The notes beneath the pieces were generated by a model that had not been told where the DNA came from, ran no database searches, and saw nothing but the letters and a program-made list of their open reading frames with translations. Made by a program: the position numbers and the translations under genes. This document shows, piece after piece, positions 7,468-17,130 of a stretch of 24,709 nucleotides of DNA. Source of the DNA: Gemmatimonadota bacterium (GTDB lineage Bacteria; Gemmatimonadota; Gemmatimonadetes; Palauibacterales; KS3-K002); contig JBDHJS010000049.1 in assembly GCA_039586795.1 (NCBI GenBank), positions 1-24,709 on the forward strand. The letters are read 5' to 3'. Numbering within the stretch: the stretch's first letter is position 1; each line of letters starts with the position of its first letter.

Positions 7468-8868
7468 ATGAGAATCGGACGGAAGGTGAAGGCGTTCGTC
7501 TTCGCACTAGGGATTGTTGCCGTCGCCGCGCCGCAGCGTGCGCATGCACAGGAGGAGGAGTCGAAGGTCCTCTTCACCAACGTCAACGTCTGGGACGGGA
7601 TGAGCGATGGTCTCCAGAACGGGATGAGTGTACTGATCGAGGGAAATCTGATCAGCCAGATCTCGTCAAGCACGATCAACGCCGCCGGCGCGACGGTGAT
7701 CGACGGCGGCGGGCGCACGTTGATGCCTGGTCTGGTTGATTTGCACGCGCACCTGCTTGCGAATGGCGACGGCGGGCTCGTCGACATCGAAGCCAACTTC
7801 ACATGGGAAGATCTCGGTCTTCGTATGGCGGCAATGGCCAAGCTCTTCCTCATGGAAGGGTTCACGACGGTCCGCGACATGGGGGGCGCCTGCGGCGGGC
7901 TGAGGCGCCAGATCGATGCGGGCATCATCGAAGGTCCTCGGGTCTACCCTTCATGCGCCTGGATCGGACCTCCTGGTGGCCACAGCGACATGCGCAACTT
8001 CACCATGCCCCAGACACCCATGGTCAGTCAGGTGGAGCGGCTAGGGATTACGGCAAACGTAAACGGGCCAGACGATGTCACGGCGGTAGCACGGCAGAAC
8101 TTTATGCAGGGCGCCACGCAGCTAAAGATCATGCAGACGGGCGGCGTTGCGTCGCTGTTCGACCCCTGGCAGCTGAACGGGCTGAACGAAGACGAGATCG
8201 CGGCCGCGGTCGCCGTCGCTAATAACTATGGCAGTTATGTTGGCGCCCACTCTTACACCAAGGATGCCATCATGCGCGCCCTGGAGATGGGAGTGAAGAC
8301 CATCGAGCACGGCTTCATGTTCGACGCCGACATCAACGCGCTCATGGAAGAGAAGGGCGCCTACCTGGTTACACAGATGACAAGCCAGGCTCCAGGGCTT
8401 GCCGATGTCGGCGCGCTCCAAGATCCGCGGACTGCGTATAAGCTGCAGACGGCGCAGGCTGCGTTTGCCAACTACGTCGAAAACGTAAGGACACTTCGTC
8501 CGAGATTCGGCTTCATGATCGACTGCGTCGGCAGTCCGGAGTCATGCGAGAAGCAGATTGCCTACGAGAAGTGGCTGCACGCAGACTTCTTCGGGAACCA
8601 TCACATGCTAAAGGCGGCAACTAGCACGGCTGGTGAGATTCTGGCGCTGTCCGGTCCCGTCATCAATCCATACGTCGAAGGTCCGATCGGGGTTATTCGG
8701 GAAGGCGCATACGCCGACGTGTTGCTAGTGGACGGAAATCCGCTCGAAGACATTACGGTGATCGGTGCTGTTGACGAGTGGTTCACGGCCCCTGACCGCG
8801 ACGGTGTGGAGACTATCCGGGTCATCATGAAGGATGGCGTAATCTACAAGAACACGTTGGATCGATGA
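7468..8868 (+). CDS. Secreted metal-dependent amidohydrolase (Xaa-Pro dipeptidase/prolidase-like subgroup)
   Basis: GGAGG then ATG 7468. Signal peptide (AHA-Q). Motifs GRTLMPGLVDLHAH, GFTTVRDMGG, QLKIM, AHSY, TIEHG, GAYADVLLVDGNPL. Confidence 0.9.
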   Translation: MRIGRKVKAFVFALGIVAVAAPQRAHAQEEESKVLFTNVNVWDGMSDGLQNGMSVLIEGNLISQISSSTINAAGATVIDGGGRTLMPGLVDLHAHLLANGDGGLVDIEANFTWEDLGLRMAAMAKLFLMEGFTTVRDMGGACGGLRRQIDAGIIEGPRVYPSCAWIGPPGGHSDMRNFTMPQTPMVSQVERLGITANVNGPDDVTAVARQNFMQGATQLKIMQTGGVASLFDPWQLNGLNEDEIAAAVAVANNYGSYVGAHSYTKDAIMRALEMGVKTIEHGFMFDADINALMEEKGAYLVTQMTSQAPGLADVGALQDPRTAYKLQTAQAAFANYVENVRTLRPRFGFMIDCVGSPESCEKQIAYEKWLHADFFGNHHMLKAATSTAGEILALSGPVINPYVEGPIGVIREGAYADVLLVDGNPLEDITVIGAVDEWFTAPDRDGVETIRVIMKDGVIYKNTLDR

Positions 8869-8996
8869 TGGGTGTAAGGCGATAGCCGATGTCGATGGCA
8901 ACGGCGTTCGCGCATGAGATTCCTTCTCGGCGCTCTTCGGAGCCACTGACAAGGGACGGCCGAGAGAAACTGTGACAGACCAAGGAGGAGGGAATC

Positions 8997-9530
8997 ATGA
9001 AGCGATTCGTGGCTGTGGGTGCGATGATACTTGTGGGATTCGCCCTGGCGTCGCCGTTACAGGCGCAGGACGAAGACAAGATGCAGGAGGTTGAGGATGT
9101 CATCGCGACCTTCGTCGAGAAGGACCCGGAAATGCAGGAGTGGTTCGACACCTCGTATGGGTATGCCGTGTTCCCCAATGTCGGGAAGGGCGGCTTGGGC
9201 ATCGGCGCCGCCCACGGGAACGGGCTTGTCTACCAGAGCGGGGCCGTCGTTGGCAAGACCGAACTCAAGGAGGTCACCGTGGGATTGCAGGCGGGCGGAC
9301 AGTCGTTCGTCGAGGTGATCTTCTTTAAGGACAAGACGGCGTTCGACGACTTCACGCGCGGCAACTACGAGTTCGGCGCCCAAGTGTCTGCGGTAGCCCT
9401 CACGGCCGGGGCCTCGGCCGACTTGGCCTACAATGGCGGAGTAGCTGTCATGACTATGGCCAAGGGCGGTCTCATGTACGAGGCGTCTGTGGGCGGACAG
9501 AAGTTCGAGTACGAGGCGTTCGGCGGATAA
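8997..9530 (+). CDS. Lipid-binding SYLF (Ysc84-like) domain protein, secreted
   Basis: RBS AGGAGG, signal peptide. Motifs GYAVFPNVGKGGLGIGAAHGNG, GLQAGGQ, KGGLMYEASVGGQKF. Confidence 0.85.
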   Translation: MKRFVAVGAMILVGFALASPLQAQDEDKMQEVEDVIATFVEKDPEMQEWFDTSYGYAVFPNVGKGGLGIGAAHGNGLVYQSGAVVGKTELKEVTVGLQAGGQSFVEVIFFKDKTAFDDFTRGNYEFGAQVSAVALTAGASADLAYNGGVAVMTMAKGGLMYEASVGGQKFEYEAFGG

Positions 9531-9577
9531 CGAGCGGCGGCCGTCGGCCGCGTGACTGGGAAGTGGAGGGGCCAGGA

Positions 9578-10873
9578 ATGAGAACGTCATTCTTTGTGAT
9601 TGGAATGCTCTGGCTCGCGATGCCTTCCTGGGCCCACGGTCAGGAAGCCGACACGATTGGCCTCGGCATCCTCGCCGATAGCAGCTATTCGGGCTACGAA
9701 GATCCCGGCGGCATATCGGGACCGGAGGGCATCGGCGCCCAGCTGCAGATCGGCAACCAGGTGGCCGAGCCCTACTTCCGGATTCCGGTCCGCGTCTTCA
9801 GCCCGTGGTACGAAGCGAAGGCGAGGGTCAACGAGAGCCTGGGCCTGCGGTACGGCATCAACTACACGGCTGTCTACCTCACTGCCTCCGACGGAATCAC
9901 CGACGAGAGCGAGACTAGTTCGGCCAGTGGCATCATCGACATCCCGGTGTCATGGACGCTGGTGGGCCGCGAGTCGGGCGATGCGGGTACGCTCGGCCTC
10001 AAGTTCGAGAACCGCCACGTCTACGGCTCCAACTCGGTGGCGCCCATGTTCCTGGGTTTCCAGACGGGATCGATCCTATTGCCCGCCACCAAGGCGAACG
10101 AGTTTACGTTTCGGTTCACCGAATTCTGGTGGCAGCAGGCTCTGCTGCAGCAGCGGCTCCACGTCGTGGTCGGCAAGGTGGACCCGACCAACTACTACAC
10201 GTTCCACGGGCTGATCCACCCGTTCATGAACTTCTTCGGCTACGGCTCGTCGGTCTCGCCGTCCGCTAACTGGCCCAACCAGGGCTTCGGCGTCATCGCA
10301 TCGGGCTTGCCAACGAAGAACCTCTACGTCACGGCGGGTCTGCACGACGCCGGTGGTGACCCCTTCAAGCGGGGCGAAGTCTTCTACGTCGGCGACAACT
10401 TCTTCGATGGGAAGTTCTTCAAGACAATCGAGGTCGGTTACGTACCCAGTTTCGCTGAGCGCTACTTCCGGAAGCTCAGCGTCACGTACTGGCACTCCGA
10501 CACCTTCGAGGGCTCGGAGGAAGGGCAGGGCGTCGCCTTCGCTTCCCACTGGTTCTTCCAAGAGCGGTACATCCCATTCCTCCTGGCCGGCTTCTCCGAC
10601 GGCAAGGGCGCCAATGTTCTGGCCAAACAAATCGTGGCAGGGGGGATCGGGTTCCGCTTCAAGAGCCACGACATTCTGGGCCTCACCATGAATTGGACCA
10701 ACCCGCCGGACAGTAACCTGCGAGACCAGTACACGGCCGAGGCCTATTACCGGTTCTACTTAACTGAACATCTCGAGATCACCCCGGATCTCCAGTGGGT
10801 GTATCACCCGTCGCTCAATCCCAATGTGACATCACTGGTCTATTTTGGGCTTCGCATGAGAGCAACACTCTAG
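9578..10873 (+). CDS. OprB-like carbohydrate-selective porin
   Basis: Signal peptide (AHG-Q). Motifs EFWWQQ..VVGKVDPT and DQYTAEAYYRF..ITPDLQWVYHPSLNP..GLRMR. Start is 9578, or GTG 9563. Confidence 0.8.
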   Translation: MRTSFFVIGMLWLAMPSWAHGQEADTIGLGILADSSYSGYEDPGGISGPEGIGAQLQIGNQVAEPYFRIPVRVFSPWYEAKARVNESLGLRYGINYTAVYLTASDGITDESETSSASGIIDIPVSWTLVGRESGDAGTLGLKFENRHVYGSNSVAPMFLGFQTGSILLPATKANEFTFRFTEFWWQQALLQQRLHVVVGKVDPTNYYTFHGLIHPFMNFFGYGSSVSPSANWPNQGFGVIASGLPTKNLYVTAGLHDAGGDPFKRGEVFYVGDNFFDGKFFKTIEVGYVPSFAERYFRKLSVTYWHSDTFEGSEEGQGVAFASHWFFQERYIPFLLAGFSDGKGANVLAKQIVAGGIGFRFKSHDILGLTMNWTNPPDSNLRDQYTAEAYYRFYLTEHLEITPDLQWVYHPSLNPNVTSLVYFGLRMRATL

Positions 10874-10904
10874 ACGCATCCCCTTATCTCCTGGAGTTGG
10901 AGCC

Positions 10905-12104
10905 ATGTCGACACGGAAAGTGCTGTTCGCCGCACTGGCCATGCTAGCATTCTGTCATCCGCTGGCCGCGCAGACGCGATTCACTTTCGGTGGGTACGTG
11001 AAGCTGGATGCGCTGAACTCCAAGTACTATGACGGGGCGCCAGCTCCGGACAGCCCGCTACGGGATATCCATTTCCCGGCCGCCATTCCGGTCGGCGGCG
11101 AGAACAACGTCCCCTTCCTGAATCTCGACTATCACGCCAAGGAATCTCGCTTCAACCTGGAGACCCGGACTCGCTTCTCGAACGGGAAGGTATTGCGAGC
11201 GTTCGTAGAGATGGACTTCCTGCTGTCGGCGCAGGGCGACGAACGAATCAGCAACTCGTTCAGCCCCCGCATGCGGCATTTCTTCTTCACTTACGACAAG
11301 TTCCTGCTGGGCCAAACGTGGACCACCTTCATGATCCTCGAGCCCATCGTTGAGGACCTGGACTTCGGCGGCACGGCCGACGGGTTCATCTTCGGCCGCC
11401 AGCCCCAGATCCGCTTCACGACGGGCCACTGGCAGTTCGCGGCGGAGAACCCGGAGACGACGCTGGAGCCGTTCGGCGGCGGCGTGCGACGCATCGACGA
11501 GGCGGCAGTCATCCCGGACTTGATCGCCCGATACAATCTCGGGGGCGAGTGGGGAACCGTAGGCGTTGCCGGCATGCTACGTCAGTTGAAGAACGAGTAT
11601 CGGAGTGCCGACGGCGACACGGTAGATGCCAACTACACGATGGGGTACGGTCTGACGGTGGGCGGCCGCATCAAGGTGGGCGCGCGTGACGATCTTCGAT
11701 TCGAAGCGACTGGTGGGTCCGGACTGGGTCGCTACGCCGCGTTCGGTCTTAGTAACGGTGCGGTGATCAACGCGGCGCGGGAACCCGAGGCGATTCCTTC
11801 CGTGCTCGGCCTCGTCGGCTACCGTCACTTCTGGACGGATCGGCTGCGCACCAACCTTAATGCTTCCGGCATCATGGTCGACAACAACACGGATCTAACC
11901 GGCGACGGCGTGAACAGGGCGGCGTACAGCTTCTCGATCAACTTGATCTACTCGCCGCTGCCGGCGCTCGACTTCGGCGTCGAGTTGATGCGCGGCGTGC
12001 GGGAGCTCGAGAGCGGCGCCAAGGGCAAGTTCGACCGGCTGCAGTTCTCGGGGATCTACAGGTTCGGGTTCACGACCTGTACTGCGCAGGACGGCTGTCC
12101 GTAG
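10905..12104 (+). CDS. DcaP-family trimeric outer-membrane porin
   Basis: Signal peptide. Motifs FGGYVKLD, AKESRFN, FVEMDF, PRMRH, LGQTWTTF, RQPQIR, AAENPET, PDLIARY, GLGRY. Confidence 0.85.
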   Translation: MSTRKVLFAALAMLAFCHPLAAQTRFTFGGYVKLDALNSKYYDGAPAPDSPLRDIHFPAAIPVGGENNVPFLNLDYHAKESRFNLETRTRFSNGKVLRAFVEMDFLLSAQGDERISNSFSPRMRHFFFTYDKFLLGQTWTTFMILEPIVEDLDFGGTADGFIFGRQPQIRFTTGHWQFAAENPETTLEPFGGGVRRIDEAAVIPDLIARYNLGGEWGTVGVAGMLRQLKNEYRSADGDTVDANYTMGYGLTVGGRIKVGARDDLRFEATGGSGLGRYAAFGLSNGAVINAAREPEAIPSVLGLVGYRHFWTDRLRTNLNASGIMVDNNTDLTGDGVNRAAYSFSINLIYSPLPALDFGVELMRGVRELESGAKGKFDRLQFSGIYRFGFTTCTAQDGCP

Positions 12105-12150
12105 TATCTTTTGCGGCCTGCACAAAACTGCAAATCCCCGGGGAGAGCAA

Positions 12151-13353
12151 ATGTACCAGAATCTCGCCGTTCTCGCGGTCTTCGTGTACGTGTACAGTAT
12201 CCTGGCCGGGAAGCTCGAGCGCCTGCCCATCGGCGGGCCCATCCTTTGGGTGGCCTTCGGCCTTCTGGTTGGGCCTGTTGGCCTCGGGTTCCTCGTCCTC
12301 GACATCGACGCCGAAGGACTGCTGAGATTGGCGGAGATCACGCTGGCCGTGATCCTCTTCACCGACGCGGCGAACGCGGACCTGAAGGAGCTGGGCCGTA
12401 GTCTTCATATTCCGCGGCGCCTGTTGCTGATCGGACTACCGCTGACGATCCTGGCCGGGTTCGGGACGGGCTACCTCCTATTCGCCGGCATCGGCCTGTT
12501 CGAGCTGGCGATCCTGTCCACGATGCTGGCGCCCACGGACGCGGCGCTGGGTAAGGCCGTGGTTTCGAACAAGGCGGTACCGTCGGACGTTCGTGAAGGG
12601 CTGAACGTGGAGAGCGGGCTGAACGACGGTATCTGCGTGCCGGTGCTGTTCGTGTTCCTCGAGCTGGCCGCGGGAGCGGCCGGGGAAGGGAGCACGACGG
12701 GCCTGGTGGTCGGGCACCTCGTCGAGGAGCTGGGTATCGGGCTCGCCGTCGGCCTGGGGCTTACCGCCATCGGAGCCTGGATCTTCCGGTTCGCAGCGAT
12801 ACGCGAGTGGGTAAGCGATCACTGGGCCCAGATCCCGGTGATCATGCTGGCGTTGGCCTCGTTCGCCATAGCTCAAAGCCTGGGCGGCAGCGGTTTCATC
12901 GCTGCCTTCACCGGTGGTCTGCTGTTCGGTTCGATGGCGAAGACGAGAAAACATGATCTGCTGCGCGCCGCGGAGGCGACGGGCGACACCCTCTCGCTGT
13001 TCACTTGGGTGGTGTTCGGCGCCGCCGTCGTGGGCCCGGCACTCGGTCTCTTCACCTGGCCGGTGCTGGTCTACGCCATCCTCAGTCTCACACTGGTGCG
13101 GATGGTGCCCGTATTCCTGTCGCTCATCGGCCTGGGTATGAGGAACGACGCCAAGCTGTTCATCGGCTGGTTCGGCCCCCGCGGATTGGCCAGCATAGTG
13201 TTCGCGGTAATCGTGGTCGGCGCCCAACTGCCCGGTGGTGAAACGCTAACGCTAACCGTGGTGGCCACGGTGCTGCTCAGCGTGATCGGCCACGGCCTGA
13301 CCGCGCAACCGCTAGCAACCGCGTTCGGCGCCCGGGCAAAGAAGGAGAACTGA
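12151..13353 (+). CDS. Cation:proton antiporter, CPA1/NhaP type
   Basis: ILFTDA, RLLLIGLPLT, LAPTDAALG, LNVESGLNDG, GWFGPRGLAS; about 12 TM helices. Confidence 0.9.
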   Translation: MYQNLAVLAVFVYVYSILAGKLERLPIGGPILWVAFGLLVGPVGLGFLVLDIDAEGLLRLAEITLAVILFTDAANADLKELGRSLHIPRRLLLIGLPLTILAGFGTGYLLFAGIGLFELAILSTMLAPTDAALGKAVVSNKAVPSDVREGLNVESGLNDGICVPVLFVFLELAAGAAGEGSTTGLVVGHLVEELGIGLAVGLGLTAIGAWIFRFAAIREWVSDHWAQIPVIMLALASFAIAQSLGGSGFIAAFTGGLLFGSMAKTRKHDLLRAAEATGDTLSLFTWVVFGAAVVGPALGLFTWPVLVYAILSLTLVRMVPVFLSLIGLGMRNDAKLFIGWFGPRGLASIVFAVIVVGAQLPGGETLTLTVVATVLLSVIGHGLTAQPLATAFGARAKKEN

Positions 13354-13366
13354 TCAGAGCGCCCCC

Positions 13367-13498
13367 GTTCGTTAGACAACGCACCGAACGTCGAACGGGG
13401 ATGTCGAACGTCGGACGTCGATCGCCGAATTGTCCTCGGCCGTCGATACGCGGCTGTCGGCTGTCCGCTGTCGAAATGTCCCGCCGAAGGCGGGTCAG
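13367..13498 (+). repeat. Heptamer-based intergenic repeat, copy B (short), ending in a CCCGCC-GAA-GGCGGG hairpin
   Basis: 13416-13477 is nearly identical to 22218-22279 (2 mismatches by eye). The end GTCGAAATGTCCCGCCGAAGGCGGGTCA matches the end of copy D. Lies between convergent genes. Confidence 0.85.
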
Positions 13499-13503
13499 TT
13501 AAA

Positions 13504-14898
13504 TCACTCGCCGTCAGCGTTCCCATCGACCGGATTCCACCCGCCACCCAGGGCCTTGTACAATTGTACAAGTGATGTGAGCCGCAGCTGCAGCGTCTCC
13601 GACGCCTGCAACTCCGACGTGAACAGCTGCCGCTGCACCTCGAGATACTCCAGGTAACTCGTCACCCCCTGATCGTACCTAATCCACGACAGCTCTTCCG
13701 CGTTCCGCGCCGCTTGCAGCTGGCGAAGCCGACTACCGTATTCGGCCTGGTACGTGCGCACCGCCACCATCGCATCCTCGACCTCGCGAAACGCCGTGAG
13801 GATCGCCAGCTCGTAGCCGGCCAGCGCCTGTTGGGTGCGCGCGACCTCAGCATCCACGTTGCTCTGCAGCCGCCCGGCGTTGAAGATCGGGGCGAAGACG
13901 TCCGCCGCCAGGTCGGCGAACCCGAACGATGCGCTGCTGAGCGAGGCGCCGAGATCGGCGCTCAAGGTTAGCGACGGATACTTGAGCGCCTCGGCGACGC
14001 CGATGCGCGCCGTTTGCGCGTGCAACTGCCGCTCGGCCTGCAACACATCGGGCCGCCGATCGACCAATTCCGAAGGCAGCCCCATCGGTAGCTCCGGCGG
14101 CAGGATCTGCTGGTTCAGTGACAGCCCGCGTGGGATCGCCATGGGCGGCACGCCGAGCAGCACGCTGATCGCGTTCTCGGTCTGGGCGCGCCCTCGGCGG
14201 AAGGACTCCACGGCCGCCTCGGCCTCCGCCAGCTGGATCTCTGCCTGGTTGACGTCGACCTCGGAGACGGCGCCGGCGTTGAAGCGCGCCTGGATGATGT
14301 CCAGTGTCTCGCGACGCGTCACCACCGTGTTCTCGGAGACGGTCTGCCGGTTATCGAAGTCGCGGAGCAACAGGTAGAAGCTGGCCACGTCAGCGACGAG
14401 GCTGATCGTCACCGCGCGGTACGCCTCCTCGGTGGCGAGCAGCGCGTTGAGTGCGGCCTCGTTGGAGCGACGGATCTTGCCCCACAGGTCGATCTGCCAG
14501 AACGCGTCGGCGGCGATCAGGCCGGTGCCTTTGACGTCCTCCTCGGTGTTCCCGCTCAAGGTACCGTTGGCGATGACGTTGACCTCGGGATAGAGATCGG
14601 CCCGAGCGATTCCGAGCGTCGCCCGGGCTTCGGCGATGCGTGCCAGCGCGATGTCCAGGTCCTTGTTGTTCTCCAGGGCAACGTGGATGAGGTTCTGGAG
14701 CACGGTATCCTGAAACAGATCCCACCACGCCAGGTCGGCGATGGAGTCGGCGGGCAGTTCCACCGTCGTATCCCGGGGAACCGCATCGTCGCGATAGGCC
14801 TCGTGCTCCGGGACGGCGGGCCGCTCGTAGTTGGGGCCAACCATGCATCCCGCGGCGAACACCAGGGCGATGGGCAGAAACCGAGTGTGCGAATTCAT
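13504..14898 (-). CDS. Efflux outer-membrane factor lipoprotein (NodT/OprM family)
   Basis: Lipobox AAGC-MVGPNYERP, WWDLFQD, IDLWGKIRR, PSELVDRRPDV, LYKALGGGW. Confidence 0.93.
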   Translation of the reverse strand: MNSHTRFLPIALVFAAGCMVGPNYERPAVPEHEAYRDDAVPRDTTVELPADSIADLAWWDLFQDTVLQNLIHVALENNKDLDIALARIAEARATLGIARADLYPEVNVIANGTLSGNTEEDVKGTGLIAADAFWQIDLWGKIRRSNEAALNALLATEEAYRAVTISLVADVASFYLLLRDFDNRQTVSENTVVTRRETLDIIQARFNAGAVSEVDVNQAEIQLAEAEAAVESFRRGRAQTENAISVLLGVPPMAIPRGLSLNQQILPPELPMGLPSELVDRRPDVLQAERQLHAQTARIGVAEALKYPSLTLSADLGASLSSASFGFADLAADVFAPIFNAGRLQSNVDAEVARTQQALAGYELAILTAFREVEDAMVAVRTYQAEYGSRLRQLQAARNAEELSWIRYDQGVTSYLEYLEVQRQLFTSELQASETLQLRLTSLVQLYKALGGGWNPVDGNADGE

Positions 14899-15953
14899 GG
14901 TCGCGACTCCGAACGAGGGAACATTATCAAGAGCAAGTTGTGGGCAACGACGCTGTAGACCACGGCGATCGTGATCTGGATGACGCGCGTGCTCGCCTTG
15001 TCGTCCGCGTCACCGTACGAACTGGTCGTCGATCCGATGATCAGCACCAGGGTAGAAAACGCCATGCCGAACAGCGGGGCCCAGCGACTATTGGAGAAGA
15101 AGCCGGCACCGAATACCAGGGCGGTGAGCAGCGTGAGCAGCAGCAAAAAGCCGAAGTGGGGCGCCACCACGAGTAGATCGTAGACGATCATCGAGGCGAT
15201 GCCGCCGATGAGGTTGCCGGTGATCAGCGCGATGCCGGCCTTATAGCCCACGGCGAGGCTCGGCTGCATCGTCAGCATCGCGATGAAGATCAGAATGATC
15301 AGCGAGCTAACGCTCTGAAAGGCGAAGAACAGAACGGCGACCGGGAAGACCACCGCGGTCGACAAGATCGCGCGATAGTGAGCGTACTCCGGCGAAAGGG
15401 TCTCTTGCGGTGCGGCGGCGGGTGCCGCGGCCGCAGCCAGTGGCGGATCGGGGATGGCGATGTGAGCGAGCCACACGATCGCCACGGCGATGGCGGATCC
15501 ATAGACCAGGTAGCCCGCCACCACGACCGCCAGCTTCGTGGAGACCGAGGCGAGGATGGGAATCACCAACACGGCGATGAGCATCCAGGTGATCAATAGC
15601 GCCGGGGCGCCTCTCATCTTGGCCAGGAATAGATGAAACAGCATCAAGCCCAGGACCAGAACGTAGACGACCGGGTAGGGCACCAGCAGAATGGCCAGCG
15701 CCGAACCCACGGCGCTGGCCGCGGCGACGATAGCCACAAACGAGACCAGACTCTTGATTGCCGGTCGCGGGTTCGTGTTACCCAGGAAGCTGACGACGAG
15801 CACCGGCGTCAGAAACGCCAGCGGCCAATCGAAGCCCATGGCCACCGCCATGCCCAGCGTGCTGCCGAAGGCGTAGCGAAAGATGCGAACCGCGCGGACG
15901 TCCGCGATCGTTGCCGCGGTCGGTGCCGCAGCCGCGGTCGTATCAGCGGACAT
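14895..15953 (-). CDS. DUF2955/FUSC-like inner-membrane efflux component
   Basis: 352 aa with two hydrophobic halves (RYAFGSTL..LAFLTPVL; GNLIGG..). Overlaps HlyD by 11 nt and OMF by 4 nt. Confidence 0.7.
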   Translation of the reverse strand: MSADTTAAAAPTAATIADVRAVRIFRYAFGSTLGMAVAMGFDWPLAFLTPVLVVSFLGNTNPRPAIKSLVSFVAIVAAASAVGSALAILLVPYPVVYVLVLGLMLFHLFLAKMRGAPALLITWMLIAVLVIPILASVSTKLAVVVAGYLVYGSAIAVAIVWLAHIAIPDPPLAAAAAPAAAPQETLSPEYAHYRAILSTAVVFPVAVLFFAFQSVSSLIILIFIAMLTMQPSLAVGYKAGIALITGNLIGGIASMIVYDLLVVAPHFGFLLLLTLLTALVFGAGFFSNSRWAPLFGMAFSTLVLIIGSTTSSYGDADDKASTRVIQITIAVVYSVVAHNLLLIMFPRSESRP

Positions 15954-17130
15954 ACGATAGCAGGCTGGACAGTCGGATTCGGATCCAGCCGATGGTGTTC
16001 AGTATGAAGTTGTTGCCTGTGTAGACGATCACATCCACCTGGCCGCCCACCCGCAGCAGTCCGGCGGTCTCGGCGGTGTCGAAGCGAACCACGACCGGGA
16101 ATCGTTGCGGGTCGCGAAGCCAGCCGCTGGCGCCTTCTATCGTCGGTAGCGCCCCCGGCGATTCGCCGCCGCGCTCGCTGCTGACGCCGTACCCGACGCT
16201 AGAGACCGTGCCGTTGAAGATGCGCCCTGGCGCGATATCGAGAGTGAATTCCACCCGGTCGCCGAGCTTGATGTTCGAGATGTTGTTCTCCCGCATGTCC
16301 GCCTGGACCCACACGTCGTGGGTCGAGACGAACATGGCCAACGGCTGCCCCGCGGCGGCGAACTGGCCGACGTCGAGGCGAAAGCTCTCGATCCCTCCTC
16401 GGGAGGGTGCCCGTAGTGTGGTGAACGCGAGGTTGAGCCGCGCCTGATCCAGCGCCGCTTCCGCCGCACGCAAGGTCGGATTGTTGGGCCCGGTCTCGCC
16501 CAACTGCTGTATGGCCCGGTCCAGGTCAGCCTCGGCGGACGACACCCGTTCGACGGCCTGGGCCAACGAAGTCTCCGCCTGATCGATATCGGCCTGCGAC
16601 AGCGCTCCCGGGTTCTGCGCCTGCACCGCCTGCACGCGATTGAAGTTGCGCTGCGCGCGATCGAGCTGCGCCCGAGCGACGCCGAGCCGCCCCTCGGACG
16701 AGCGGACCGTCGCCGTGAGCGCCCCGACCTGCTGTTGCGCCGCGTCCAGCGCCGCCTCGGCGTTGCGTACCGCCACCTCGTACAGCCGCCGGTCGAGCTG
16801 CATGAGCGTGTCCCCCGGCTCCACGATGTCGTGCAGCCGGACCCTGATGTCGACGAGGTAGCCCGACACCTGCGGTATGATCGGGACGACCAGTCCCTGG
16901 ATGCGGGCCTGGGAGGTATACGGGGTCAGGCGGTCGGACAGCACGTACCAGATGAAGACGACGAAGGCCACGGCGAGGACGGTGAGCGTCACGCGGCGCG
17001 CCCGGTCCATGCGCTTCCACCAGCCTTTCTTGGCCGTGGACGCCTCCGGATCGGGGGCCGACGACTCCGGTTCTATGGTCGCTGCCGCTTCGCTGGCCTG
17101 TTCGGGTCTGGCTAAGCCTTCGTCCGACAT
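15943..17130 (-). CDS. HlyD/EmrA-family membrane fusion protein
   Basis: Single TM, then DRLTPYTSQARI, PQVSG, coiled-coil hairpin, LRAPSRG, WLRDPQRFPV. Confidence 0.92.
   Translation of the reverse strand: MSDEGLARPEQASEAAATIEPESSAPDPEASTAKKGWWKRMDRARRVTLTVLAVAFVVFIWYVLSDRLTPYTSQARIQGLVVPIIPQVSGYLVDIRVRLHDIVEPGDTLMQLDRRLYEVAVRNAEAALDAAQQQVGALTATVRSSEGRLGVARAQLDRAQRNFNRVQAVQAQNPGALSQADIDQAETSLAQAVERVSSAEADLDRAIQQLGETGPNNPTLRAAEAALDQARLNLAFTTLRAPSRGGIESFRLDVGQFAAAGQPLAMFVSTHDVWVQADMRENNISNIKLGDRVEFTLDIAPGRIFNGTVSSVGYGVSSERGGESPGALPTIEGASGWLRDPQRFPVVVRFDTAETAGLLRVGGQVDVIVYTGNNFILNTIGWIRIRLSSLLSYVR

Noticed and set aside
8875..8945. GATAGCCGATGTCGATGGC and a GCTC-TTCG-GAGC mini-hairpin as a fifth repeat copy or terminator
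   Set aside because: The match to the repeat is too short, and the 4-bp stem lacks a U tract.
13354..13503. Integron attC sites (GTTAGAC at 13371; elements follow stop codons)
   Set aside because: No matching RYYYAAC/GTTRRRY pair bounds the copies, and there is no integrase in the window.
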